50,933 nt of DNA, taken from assembly GCA_021129515.1 (NCBI GenBank), contig JAJOLD010000006.1, positions 1-50,933 of the forward strand, in the 5' to 3' direction. Made by a program: the position numbers and the translations under genes. This document shows positions 42,973 to 50,933 of this stretch, piece by piece. The notes under the pieces were generated by a model. That model had not been told where the DNA came from and searched no databases. It saw only the letters and a list, made by a program, of their open reading frames with translations. This DNA comes from Minisyncoccota bacterium (GTDB lineage: Bacteria; Patescibacteriota; Minisyncoccia; Phycocordibacterales; UBA918). The number at the start of each line of letters is the position of its first letter. Positions within the stretch are counted from its first letter, which is position 1.

Positions 42973-43007
42973 GGCGCGGCGCCCACGATAGTGGGCGCCG
43001 CGTTTTC
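42973..43007 (+). terminator. Rho-independent terminator after rpsR
   Basis: CGCGGCGCCCAC-GATA-GTGGGCGCCGCG followed by TTTTC. Confidence 0.85.
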
Positions 43008-43075
43008 TGTATAAAAATACACCTGGCAACAAAGTGTCGCCAGGTGGTGGATGTGCTATGAGTAAATGGTTGCTA

Positions 43076-43336
43076 TCAATAGAGCCTTGTTCTCTGTGCT
43101 TGTCGATCTGCGGCAGCAGCGGCAGCACGTGCCTCTGGATGATTCATGTCTCCGGCAGGGCAGGCGGTGCGTCGCAGCTGGACCGATGTGGTCCGTAATG
43201 CTTGGAGGAGTGACTCAAGGTCACTTGTGTCAGTGCCATTTTTTGGGGCAATTCGAATCCAGCGCATGATCCGTTTCATTCGCTTTTTAGTGGAAGCGAA
43301 TGCTTGTCCCGGGTGAGATTCTTTTTTGATTTGCAA
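43076..43336 (-). CDS. Hypothetical small basic protein
   Basis: AAGGAG 6 nt before TTG 43336. A minus-strand terminator hairpin ACCTGGC...GCCAGGT lies at 43019-43047. Confidence 0.5.
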   Translation of the reverse strand: MQIKKESHPGQAFASTKKRMKRIMRWIRIAPKNGTDTSDLESLLQALRTTSVQLRRTACPAGDMNHPEARAAAAAADRQAQRTRLY

Positions 43337-43615
43337 GGTACTCTCCTTATGTCTTTGAAAGGAACATAATTTATATAGTAAAAAGTAAATATACGCAACG
43401 ATGTTTGGTCATGATTGCAACCAAGAGCATTTTATATTAGTTTGAGATAAAGAGTGTCACATGAATTACCAAGATGAGGTACAACACATAGACATACCAC
43501 GTTCTTCACTTATTGCGAGACTATGGTGCTTCTGTATTTCTATGGTAGTGTCTTGTGGGGTACTCGGTAGTTGGATTGTTGTATACAGTTACATCATAAT
43601 AACGAGGAGGCATGT

Positions 43616-43915
43616 ATGTGTCATACAGATACGGTGAGGTATGAGGCTTTTAGTACGGCTAGTATCGGGGTGCTCATTTGGTGTGTTGGTGTTTTCACGG
43701 CATCAACATTATCTGAATCAAGTGCACCAATGCTCCATATATTGTGGTGGAGTTGGTTGCTCTTGGGAGGGTCATTCATTATGGTTGCGGTGCAACATCT
43801 GTTTCGTATCGTGTCTATGCGCAGCACAACATATACTTGGATATCATATGGGTGTATGGGCATATCAGGACTCGGTGTGTGTGGGTGCTTGATACTCTAT
43901 CTCCACGCACAGTGA
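43616..43915 (+). CDS. Hypothetical membrane protein
   Basis: GAGGAGG about 6 nt before ATG 43616, with three hydrophobic helices. A further possible 58-aa membrane ORF at 43461-43637 overlaps its start. Confidence 0.5.
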   Translation: MCHTDTVRYEAFSTASIGVLIWCVGVFTASTLSESSAPMLHILWWSWLLLGGSFIMVAVQHLFRIVSMRSTTYTWISYGCMGISGLGVCGCLILYLHAQ

Positions 43916-43998
43916 TGCACCGTGCGTATGTATAGTACAAAGACAAAGCCACCGACACATGTCGGTGGCTATTGTATTGGGATGGTGAGAAATAAGTA

Positions 43999-44601
43999 CT
44001 ATCCTTTTGCTACCCGTTCGGTATAACTGCCAGATTCAGTATTGACTGCCACTACATCTCCTTCATTGATGAATTGCGGTACTTGGAGTGTGAGTCCGGT
44101 TTCAAGCGTTACTTCTTTAGTTGCGCCGCTTGAGGTATTGCCTTTCACTGCTTCACTTGCTTCGGTCACCTTAAGTTCTACCTTGATAGGGGTGAGTACA
44201 CTCATGATTTTGTTTGTATCCGTGGCTTTGTCATGAGGGTCGTTGAAGACAATTGCCTCAACAATGCTGTTTTCGGTTACGTAGTCCTTGAGGTGTCCCA
44301 CGACATCTTCGCTAAGGTGGAATCGGTCTCCCGGATTGTCTGGTGTGCAGAACCAGTATTCACCACGATTTTCGTAGAGATACTTCACCTCACGTTTTTC
44401 AATATCTGCTTCCTCGAGTACGTCTGATTGGTGGAAGGTGCGGTCGACCACGCCACCGGTTCGAAGGTTCTTCATCCTTACGTTATTACTCGCTTTCTGA
44501 CGGTCTTTTTTTGAAATTGCCGAAGAAAGCACCACATACGGGTCACCGTCCATAATGGCGGTTCGCTTAGGAGTGAGTTCGTTGTATTGTAATTTCGCCA
44601 C
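43999..44601 (-). CDS. efp: Translation elongation factor P (atypical beta3-beta4 loop)
   Basis: ..IMDGDPYVVLSS..VRMKNLRTGGVVDRTF.. and C-terminal ..LQVPQFINEGDVVAVNTESGSYTERV. GTG start. Confidence 0.85.
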   Translation of the reverse strand: MAKLQYNELTPKRTAIMDGDPYVVLSSAISKKDRQKASNNVRMKNLRTGGVVDRTFHQSDVLEEADIEKREVKYLYENRGEYWFCTPDNPGDRFHLSEDVVGHLKDYVTENSIVEAIVFNDPHDKATDTNKIMSVLTPIKVELKVTEASEAVKGNTSSGATKEVTLETGLTLQVPQFINEGDVVAVNTESGSYTERVAKG

Positions 44602-44698
44602 AGTGCTGTCAGTTCTTAAGATTTATAAAATATGCTCTATTTTATACCTACAAAAACGTATCTCTGCAACCTTTGTACTCTGAAATGAGTGCTACTAT

Positions 44699-45301
44699 AT
44701 GAGTATGCTCGGATTAACCACTACCGACGACGCACGTGATTTGACCGATGAGGAAGTGTTGGCTCGCTCACATGCCGAGCCGTGGCTTTTTGCGGTGTTG
44801 CTTGAGCGCTATCAAGATGCATTCTTGCGCAAGGCACAGTCTATTATTTTTAATGCACTTGATGCAGAGGAAGTGGTGCAAGACGCCTTCACCAAAATGT
44901 ATATGCATGCGCATCGGTTTGAGCTTCGAGAAGGTGCCAAGTTTTCTTCATGGGCATATACCATACTTATCAATACAGCACTGACGCGATACCAGAAATG
45001 TGTACGAGAGGGGAAGCGGACGTACAATCTTGATCCAGAGTTAGAGCAGCGGCTTGGTGACATGAAGGGGGGTGATACATTTAATGAACGTCAGGACGCT
45101 ATCGCGCGTATTCTGGACTTACTTCCAGAACATTTTGCGTATGTACTGCGACTCCATTACCTTGAACGATGGTCACACAAGGATATAGCGGCAGAGACGG
45201 GGGAGAGTGTCGGTGCAGTGAAAGCGCGCATTCATAGGGCGAAAGCACAATTTCGAAAGGAGAGTGAGGTGCATGCACCTGATATTCTGAAAGATATCTA
45301 A
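44699..45301 (+). CDS. RNA polymerase sigma factor, ECF/sigma-24 type
   Basis: Region 2 DAEEVVQDAFTKMYMHAHRF and region 4 HTH SHKDIAAETGESVGAVKARIHRAK. Confidence 0.85.
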   Translation: MSMLGLTTTDDARDLTDEEVLARSHAEPWLFAVLLERYQDAFLRKAQSIIFNALDAEEVVQDAFTKMYMHAHRFELREGAKFSSWAYTILINTALTRYQKCVREGKRTYNLDPELEQRLGDMKGGDTFNERQDAIARILDLLPEHFAYVLRLHYLERWSHKDIAAETGESVGAVKARIHRAKAQFRKESEVHAPDILKDI

Positions 45302-45367
45302 TGGTGGTGTGCAACTTTTGCTACAGAGGGTGCGTTATAAGTAATACCAACATAACCATATAGGCGT

Positions 45368-45691
45368 ATGCATACTACACAACTACACACTATCGTAATG
45401 CGCAGAGTGTACTACTCGTTTGCGCTTCGTCTTGCGACACACACCACGACACTGTATCTGGCAATTTTAGCAGTGTCCGTATATGCGCTTGGATATTTCG
45501 TACATGTACAAGCGGTGCTCAATACGGCAGCACAGGTGCCCGCGGGGGAGTTTGGTCCATTTATACTCCGGCTTCTTGCTAATACGGATGGTATTACGCT
45601 CGTGGTGTTAGGTGTCATCATTATGACCTCGCTCTCTATACCGTTTAGTTTGCCCAACTATCAGCGAACTTTGCGACCACAGGCGGCATAA
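45368..45691 (+). CDS. Membrane protein downstream of the sigma factor (candidate anti-sigma partner)
   Basis: Two TM helices. The functional guess rests on position only. Confidence 0.45.
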   Translation: MHTTQLHTIVMRRVYYSFALRLATHTTTLYLAILAVSVYALGYFVHVQAVLNTAAQVPAGEFGPFILRLLANTDGITLVVLGVIIMTSLSIPFSLPNYQRTLRPQAA

Positions 45692-45703
45692 ATACAACGC
45701 GCT

Positions 45704-45729
45704 AACAAAGCCCCGAGAGGGGCTTTGTT
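45704..45729 (+). terminator. Terminator hairpin
   Basis: AACAAAGCCCC-GAGA-GGGGCTTTGTT. Confidence 0.7.
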
Positions 45730-45758
45730 GTGCTCCGCATAAACAAACATACTAGGAT

Positions 45759-45792
45759 ACAAAAACCTTTCGGTTAACCGAAAGGTTTTTGT
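45759..45792. terminator. Bidirectional terminator (near-duplicate of 36395-36424)
   Basis: ACAAAAACCTTTCGG-TTAA-CCGAAAGGTTTTTGT. Confidence 0.75.
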
Positions 45793-45842
45793 ATCTCAAT
45801 GCACTCGTGTTCAGTACTGTATGATATTTGGTTATATCAATA

Positions 45843-45875
45843 CTGGATTGCAAGGCGTCAGCCAAAGCAATCCAG
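45843..45875. repeat. Miniature copy of the palindromic element (outer arms only)
   Basis: CTGGATTGC-AAGGCGTCAGCCAAA-GCAATCCAG. Confidence 0.65.
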
Positions 45876-45929
45876 TCTTTTAATTTTTGCTTTGTATTTT
45901 TTATATCTTCTCTTTACTATTTGATTTTT

Positions 45930-47054
45930 CTATGCGTCCTCCTTCATTGCCTTTCTAATATTCCTAAGTATCTCATTTGAAAGTTTTTTCTCTGCGCGGA
46001 GGGTCTTGCGTGCGGCGTCGTACCCGCGACCAAGTTTTACAAGTGCCGAATCATCGCCGCCTGGGGGAGTATAGCTGTATGAGGCACCTGCTTTGGTGAC
46101 CATTTTGTATTTCTCACCGAGCGCAAGCAATTCTCCCTCACGGCTAATACCTTCGTTATAGATAAGATCAAACTCAGTCGTCTTAAATGGAGGCGCAACC
46201 TTGTTCTTCACCACCTTCACTCGGTGTCGACCACCGACGACCTCGTCACCCTTCTTAATCTGTGCAATGCGGCGGATATCGAGCCGGACTGAGGTATAAA
46301 ACTTGAGTGCCTTTCCACCGGTTGTGGTCTCAGGGTTTCCAAACATCACCCCAATTTGCATACGAATCTGGTTGATGAAAATAACCGAACACTTGGTCTT
46401 CGCAACAATGGCAGTGAGTTTGCGGAGCGCTTGGCTCATGAGTCGTGCTTGCTTCCCGACGTGGTGCGCGCCCATTTCGCCCTCAATTTCATCCTTTGGA
46501 GTCAGTGCTGCCACAGAGTCCACGACTACGACATCGAGCTTGCCGCTTCTGACGAGTGATTCGACAATCTCGAGTGCTTGTTCACCGGTGTCTGGTTGTG
46601 AAATGAGGAGTTCATCAAGCTTCACGCCAATTTTGGCTGCGTATTCTGGGTCGAGCGCATGTTCCGCATCGACAAATGCACAAATACCGCCTGCCTTCTG
46701 CGCTTCAGCAATAGCATGCAGGGAGAGGGTGGTCTTACCAGAAGACTCAGGTCCATAGATTTCAACAATACGACCACGGGGGAATCCGCCAATACCGAGT
46801 GCATCGTCAAGACCAATAGAACCAGTTGAAATAGCATCAATGTCAACATGCTTGGTCTCACCTAAGGTCATGATAGCTTCATCGCCAAACTTGGTTTTGA
46901 TGCTGCGCAGTGTTTCGGTAATTCCGGCATCAGCTGCGGGAGCCGCTGTGTCTTTGGGCGTCTTTTTGCTTGCCTGAGCAGCTTTAGCTGCTTTAGGGGT
47001 TGTGGCAGCTTTCTTGGAGGCTGCCTTTGCGCTTTTAGGTTTCTTTGCTGGCAT
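45930..47054 (-). CDS. recA: Recombinase RecA with ~45-aa Lys/Ala/Pro-rich N-terminal extension
   Basis: Walker [10 protein letters not shown] and L2-loop region [22 protein letters not shown]. Confidence 0.95.
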   Translation of the reverse strand: MPAKKPKSAKAASKKAATTPKAAKAAQASKKTPKDTAAPAADAGITETLRSIKTKFGDEAIMTLGETKHVDIDAISTGSIGLDDALGIGGFPRGRIVEIYGPESSGKTTLSLHAIAEAQKAGGICAFVDAEHALDPEYAAKIGVKLDELLISQPDTGEQALEIVESLVRSGKLDVVVVDSVAALTPKDEIEGEMGAHHVGKQARLMSQALRKLTAIVAKTKCSVIFINQIRMQIGVMFGNPETTTGGKALKFYTSVRLDIRRIAQIKKGDEVVGGRHRVKVVKNKVAPPFKTTEFDLIYNEGISREGELLALGEKYKMVTKAGASYSYTPPGGDDSALVKLGRGYDAARKTLRAEKKLSNEILRNIRKAMKEDA

Positions 47055-47070
47055 ATGTATTCGTACAATA

Positions 47071-47451
47071 TTAGTTAATAGCTGTGTCTCCTTTGTAGAT
47101 AAATGACCGGGTCATGTCGATGGTCCGACCGTATCTGTTTTTTGCGTGTAGCGTCATTATAGTATACCCATTCTCAAGCACCAGGGGCTCTTCAAATACG
47201 CCATGCTCATCGGTAAATATTTCACGACCATTGAGCGTAATAGCGGTGATGTGTTTTGCCTCTCCCTTGAGGAGCACTATTCGTTCGTGATGCACTGTTT
47301 CGGTTGGTGCATGCAGAATTATTTGAGGACCGTGAATCAAATATCGTGCTTGAAACAATGCATAGACCAAAATACCACAGAGAAAGAGGGTGAGTGCGGC
47401 TGGGCGCATGTAGGTCTCAAGTGCCACTGCTGAGTGAAAGGGGGTGCGCAT
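47071..47451 (-). CDS. Hypothetical membrane-anchored protein between ftsK and recA
   Basis: ATG 47451 lies 14 nt after the ftsK stop. One TM helix ([14 protein letters not shown]) is followed by a beta-rich domain. The ORF-track start at 47649 would overlap ftsK. Confidence 0.55.
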   Translation of the reverse strand: MRTPFHSAVALETYMRPAALTLFLCGILVYALFQARYLIHGPQIILHAPTETVHHERIVLLKGEAKHITAITLNGREIFTDEHGVFEEPLVLENGYTIMTLHAKNRYGRTIDMTRSFIYKGDTAIN

Positions 47452-47464
47452 GTGCGTTATGTGG

Positions 47465-49663
47465 TTATACGTCGTCTTCTTCCTGCTGTGCAGGCATATC
47501 ATTGCCAGCAAGAATCTCGCGAGGCTTCGAACCGTTTGCGGGTCCAATAACCCCACGTTCTTCAAGAATATCCATGAGTCGTGCTGCACGTGAGTAGCCA
47601 ACGCGGAGTTTTCGCTGCAAGTATGAGGTTGATGCTTTGTTTGCCTCAATCACGGCTTGTTTTGCATCTTCGTAGAGGTCATCTTCCTCCTCGTCGTCAA
47701 CCATTGCACCGAAGAATGCGTCTGCAGAATCGTTTTCTGCTTCGGTAGCGTTGCCATCGAGGCCGATGGCGTCGAGCTCTTGTACGTCAGTCTGGTTCTT
47801 GAGGTATTTCACGACCTTCTTCATCTCATCTTCAGAAATATATGGAGACTGAAGTCGCATCGGCTTGTTCATATCACCTGAAAGGAAGAGCATGTCTCCA
47901 GCGCCAAGGAGTTTCTCAGCACCAACTTGGTCGAGAATGGTACGGGAGTCAATTTGCGATGCAACCTGGAGTGCGAGCCGAGTCGGAATATTTGCCTTAA
48001 TGGTACCGGTAATGACGTTGACCGATGGACGCTGTGTTGCGAGAAGCAGGTGAATACCAACCGCACGACTCATCTGTGCAAGGCGCACAATAGATGCCTC
48101 AAGTTCACGTGGGTATGCCTGCATGAGGTCGGCGAGCTCATCCATGACCACGACGATGTAGGGAAGTGGTTCTGGAAGTTCGTCCTTTTCTTCTTCAAGC
48201 GAGCCATTTGCTACCCAGTCGTCCTTGGCAGGGCGGTAGACATTCTCGTGGTATGACCCGAGGTCACGCACTTTGTTTGATTGCAAAATGTCGTACCGCC
48301 GTTCCATCTCCTTAATTGCCCACTTGAGAGAGAGGATTGCCTTCTTTGCGTCGGTAATCACTGGGGTGAGAAGATGCGGGATACCGTTGTAGAGGGTGAG
48401 TTCAACACGCTTCGGGTCGACCATGATAAACCGGAGCTGTTCAGGAGAGTTGCGGAAGAGGAGTGAGGTCACTACCGCGTGAATCATCACCGACTTACCA
48501 GAACCGGTGGTGCCTGCAATAAGTCCATGTGGCATTTTGGCAAGATTGGTGAAGTGGGGGAGCCCTGAGATATCTTTACCAAGGGCAACCAAGAGTGGCT
48601 TTGGTGAGTCGGTGTATTCAGGTGAAGCCAACAATCCTGCAAGCCCCACACTTGCCTTAGTTGTATTTGGCACCTCAATACCAACAAGTGATTTTCCTGG
48701 AATCGGTGCCTCGATACGAATAGTGCCGGCTGCGAGGTTGAGCTCAAGCTCGCGTTGCAAGCCAACGATGCGAGAAATCTTCACACCTTGCGCAGGCTTA
48801 AAGGCGTAGCGGGTGACGGTTGGACCAATCTCAACTGCATCCATCTCAACCGGGATACCAAAGTTCTTGAGGGTACGCTTAATGCTGTTTGCTGCAGCTT
48901 TCACATCGTCTACCTTTGCCTTGCCGCGATCCTTCTTAAGGAGTGAAAGGGGGGGTGGGTCATATGGTCCCTCAAAGCTCGAAACAGCAAATTCACCTTT
49001 CGATGCTTTGCCGAGTCCAAGACGTTCTTTCATAGACTTCTTTGGTTCGTCTCCCTCAGCATCTTCGTCTGCAGGTTCTTCTTCGGGATCGTCTGCACCC
49101 TCTTCAGGAAGTTCATCAAGCAGGATTTCTTCCTCAAGGAGTTCCTCATCTTCTTCCTCGTCCTGCTTCTTAAAGAGGGAGAAGGAGAGAAGCGTGCTGT
49201 TGAAGGTGAGGAAGATGCTCACGAGCATGAGCGCGCCGAGTATGATGCCAGTCACCATGTCACCAAAGAGCCATTGGAATGGGTAGGCGAGTGCAAGCCC
49301 CACAATGCCTCCATTTTGGCTACTCAGTGCCAACAATCCCAATGCTGAGAGAAAGAGGAGTGAGACACCAATTGCTTTGGACACACTGACATGCTCGTCC
49401 TCACGAGGTTTCATGAGGACATACACATAGAGTGCACAGACCACTGGCGCAAGCACAAAGCCCAACCCAAATAAAAAGGTCAGTGCCGAATGGGTAAAAT
49501 CACCTGCAATACCTGCATACCCCAATGAAGAAAGTATGAAAAATACTCCCAATACCACAAACCCCACAGCGCCTATTGCTTGCTTTGTGTGCGGAGAAAC
49601 ATCGTCAAAAAAACCTGTGTCTCGTTTATGCTTTTTACGTCGTGCTGCCATGTATAAAACCAC
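47465..49663 (-). CDS. ftsK: DNA translocase FtsK
   Basis: N-terminal TM helices, acidic linker, Walker A GTTGSGKSV, LLATQRPS, and C-terminal gamma domain STSYLQRKLRVGYSRAARLMD. Confidence 0.95.
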   Translation of the reverse strand: MVLYMAARRKKHKRDTGFFDDVSPHTKQAIGAVGFVVLGVFFILSSLGYAGIAGDFTHSALTFLFGLGFVLAPVVCALYVYVLMKPREDEHVSVSKAIGVSLLFLSALGLLALSSQNGGIVGLALAYPFQWLFGDMVTGIILGALMLVSIFLTFNSTLLSFSLFKKQDEEEDEELLEEEILLDELPEEGADDPEEEPADEDAEGDEPKKSMKERLGLGKASKGEFAVSSFEGPYDPPPLSLLKKDRGKAKVDDVKAAANSIKRTLKNFGIPVEMDAVEIGPTVTRYAFKPAQGVKISRIVGLQRELELNLAAGTIRIEAPIPGKSLVGIEVPNTTKASVGLAGLLASPEYTDSPKPLLVALGKDISGLPHFTNLAKMPHGLIAGTTGSGKSVMIHAVVTSLLFRNSPEQLRFIMVDPKRVELTLYNGIPHLLTPVITDAKKAILSLKWAIKEMERRYDILQSNKVRDLGSYHENVYRPAKDDWVANGSLEEEKDELPEPLPYIVVVMDELADLMQAYPRELEASIVRLAQMSRAVGIHLLLATQRPSVNVITGTIKANIPTRLALQVASQIDSRTILDQVGAEKLLGAGDMLFLSGDMNKPMRLQSPYISEDEMKKVVKYLKNQTDVQELDAIGLDGNATEAENDSADAFFGAMVDDEEEDDLYEDAKQAVIEANKASTSYLQRKLRVGYSRAARLMDILEERGVIGPANGSKPREILAGNDMPAQQEEDDV

Positions 49664-49850
49664 CTATTTATCGGCTGATATAGGAATATCATACCACGTT
49701 GTGTGGATACCTGGGATTAGTAGGAAACGGCAGAAAGACATACTCAAAGACGTAAAAGACCTTTCAAAAAAGACGTTTTATGGTACATTTATAGGCAAAG
49801 AGACATACACAGTGTCCCACAGAGACGAAGTGTATGAGACTAAAAAGACA

Positions 49851-50558
49851 ATGAATAAGACAGATTACGAGGCAGTATTCGGTATAAATGACGAATACTA
49901 CAAATATATTTTTAAAAAGACAGAAAAGATAGTCTGTGCAGTCTTTTATATTACACGCAATGAGACATCTTTTACCCATAATGACCAGTTGGTAAAAGAC
50001 TTAGAAGCAGTAGCGCAAGCGGGTATGTCAGAGACACTCGCAAGCCTTACCGCACGTGCAGGGACACTCCATCAGCATTGTACGCGTATTGCGGCACATC
50101 TTGTCGCACTTGAAGCACACTTACGTATGGTACATGCAGCGGGCATGCTTACCACGGAGCTACTCCACGTCTTTGTAAACAACCTCGACTCTGTCGGGCG
50201 TACATTACGTAAATATATGCGTGTACATGCGCACAATCCACTCCTGACAGACCTTGATGGATCAACCGAGTCAGTCATGCGTACTGGGCGAGCGTCTACT
50301 CCATCTCCAGTACGTCGGAACGGACCACCTGCAGTTGCTGGTGCAGAGATGACACCGGTAGTACCAAAGACACACAATCGTACCACACGTATTATGGAGG
50401 TCCTTAAGGAGAAAGGACAAGCGTCCATAAAAGACGTTTCAGATGTCATAACAGACTGTAGTGAAAAGACAATTCAGCGAGAATTGAATGCTCTTATAAA
50501 GGACGGAACTGTTGTACGAGAAGGAGAGCGAAGATGGAGTCGATATTCAGTGGTATAA
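49851..50558 (+). CDS. Transcriptional regulator with C-terminal winged-helix (DeoR-like) domain
   Basis: C-terminus RIMEVLKEKGQASIKDVSDVITDCSEKTIQRELNALIKDGTVVREGERRWSRY. Start chosen at the first ATG clear of ftsK. Confidence 0.6.
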   Translation: MNKTDYEAVFGINDEYYKYIFKKTEKIVCAVFYITRNETSFTHNDQLVKDLEAVAQAGMSETLASLTARAGTLHQHCTRIAAHLVALEAHLRMVHAAGMLTTELLHVFVNNLDSVGRTLRKYMRVHAHNPLLTDLDGSTESVMRTGRASTPSPVRRNGPPAVAGAEMTPVVPKTHNRTTRIMEVLKEKGQASIKDVSDVITDCSEKTIQRELNALIKDGTVVREGERRWSRYSVV

Positions 50559-50599
50559 GCAACTATTAAGGACGCACAGTGTGCGTCCTTAATAGTTGC
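50559..50599 (+). terminator. Long hairpin after the regulator gene
   Basis: GCAACTATTAAGGACGCAC-AGT-GTGCGTCCTTAATAGTTGC, with no T run. Confidence 0.5.
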
Positions 50600-50762
50600 T
50601 TATGGGACATATGAGAAGCGAAATTGTGTCTTATTAAGTAACAGGTACGATAGGTATGCAGGGTACAGACAATTGATTTTTTTAAATTTTATTGACTAAT
50701 TTTCTTACGTGTAAGAAAGGTTTTAAGCCCTCGTCATCACCATCAGCAGGGAGCATGCGTGA

Positions 50763-50791
50763 TTGACATTGCTATGTGTTCACGGTATCTT
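50763..50791 (+). promoter_or_regulatory. Sigma70-like promoter TTGACA-17-TATCTT
   Basis: Hexamers lie at 50763-50768 and 50786-50791. The downstream target is outside the window. Confidence 0.35.
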
Positions 50792-50933
50792 CCTGAGGTT
50801 GTATATAGGGTTATTTTTGGAGGTGTTGTTGCGCACAGCGTACCACCTATCCACATATGTACGACTCATAATTCACTTAATAGTTTGTATACTAGTAAGT
50901 GTGCGTTTTGGAGCGCCCTTTTTTGAACCACAC

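Noticed and set aside
5788-45875. The hairpin repeats as a CRISPR array
   Set aside because: The copies are kilobases apart, of variable length and internally palindromic with nested inserts. There is no regular repeat-spacer periodicity and no cas genes.

Overview
This 51-kb segment is gene-dense and mostly housekeeping. Its content fits a small-genome Patescibacteria/CPR (Parcubacteria-like) bacterium: rplK without rplA, rpsF-ssb-rpsR without rplI, ribosomal proteins and RecA with low-complexity tails, a LAGLIDADG endonuclease, dispersed hairpin-repeat families, and many short orphan membrane or secreted ORFs.

Supported genes are rplS, tRNA-Leu(GAG), tRNA-His(GUG), a NUDIX hydrolase, prephenate dehydrogenase, mscL, an RNR alpha N-terminal fragment, a GH18 hydrolase, a matrixin-like protease, a SIMPL/DUF541 protein and secE-nusG-rplK. 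A dTTP island follows (CofE-like ligase, long dCTP deaminase, thyX, tmk, MazG-like, glyA). The rest are argS, ileS, recO, glyQS, metG, tatD, a VanY-type peptidase, rpsF-ssb-rpsR, efp, an ECF-type sigma factor, recA, ftsK, a wHTH regulator and roughly 20 orphan ORFs.

I saw no CRISPR array, transposase, integrase, reverse transcriptase or recognisable defence operon.

Most worth a second look:
1. An intact histidine-phosphatase domain is inserted inside IleRS.
2. A conserved G-poor CACTAC-N3-CTAC leader sits about 37 nt before the start codons of nusG, rplK, recO and ssb, in place of a Shine-Dalgarno.
3. Several noncoding repeat families show hairpin covariation: tandem hairpins upstream of glyQS, 100-nt direct repeats bracketing secE-nusG-rplK, nested palindromic CTGGATTGC...GCAATCCAG elements, and a 56-nt element next to a duplicated tRNA-Leu 3' end.
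4. Reading-frame breaks at homopolymers affect thyX (A8), tmk (two compensating shifts) and the LAGLIDADG gene (T5), and the RNR gene is truncated.

All calls rest on reading the sequence and the ORF track. No database search was run.
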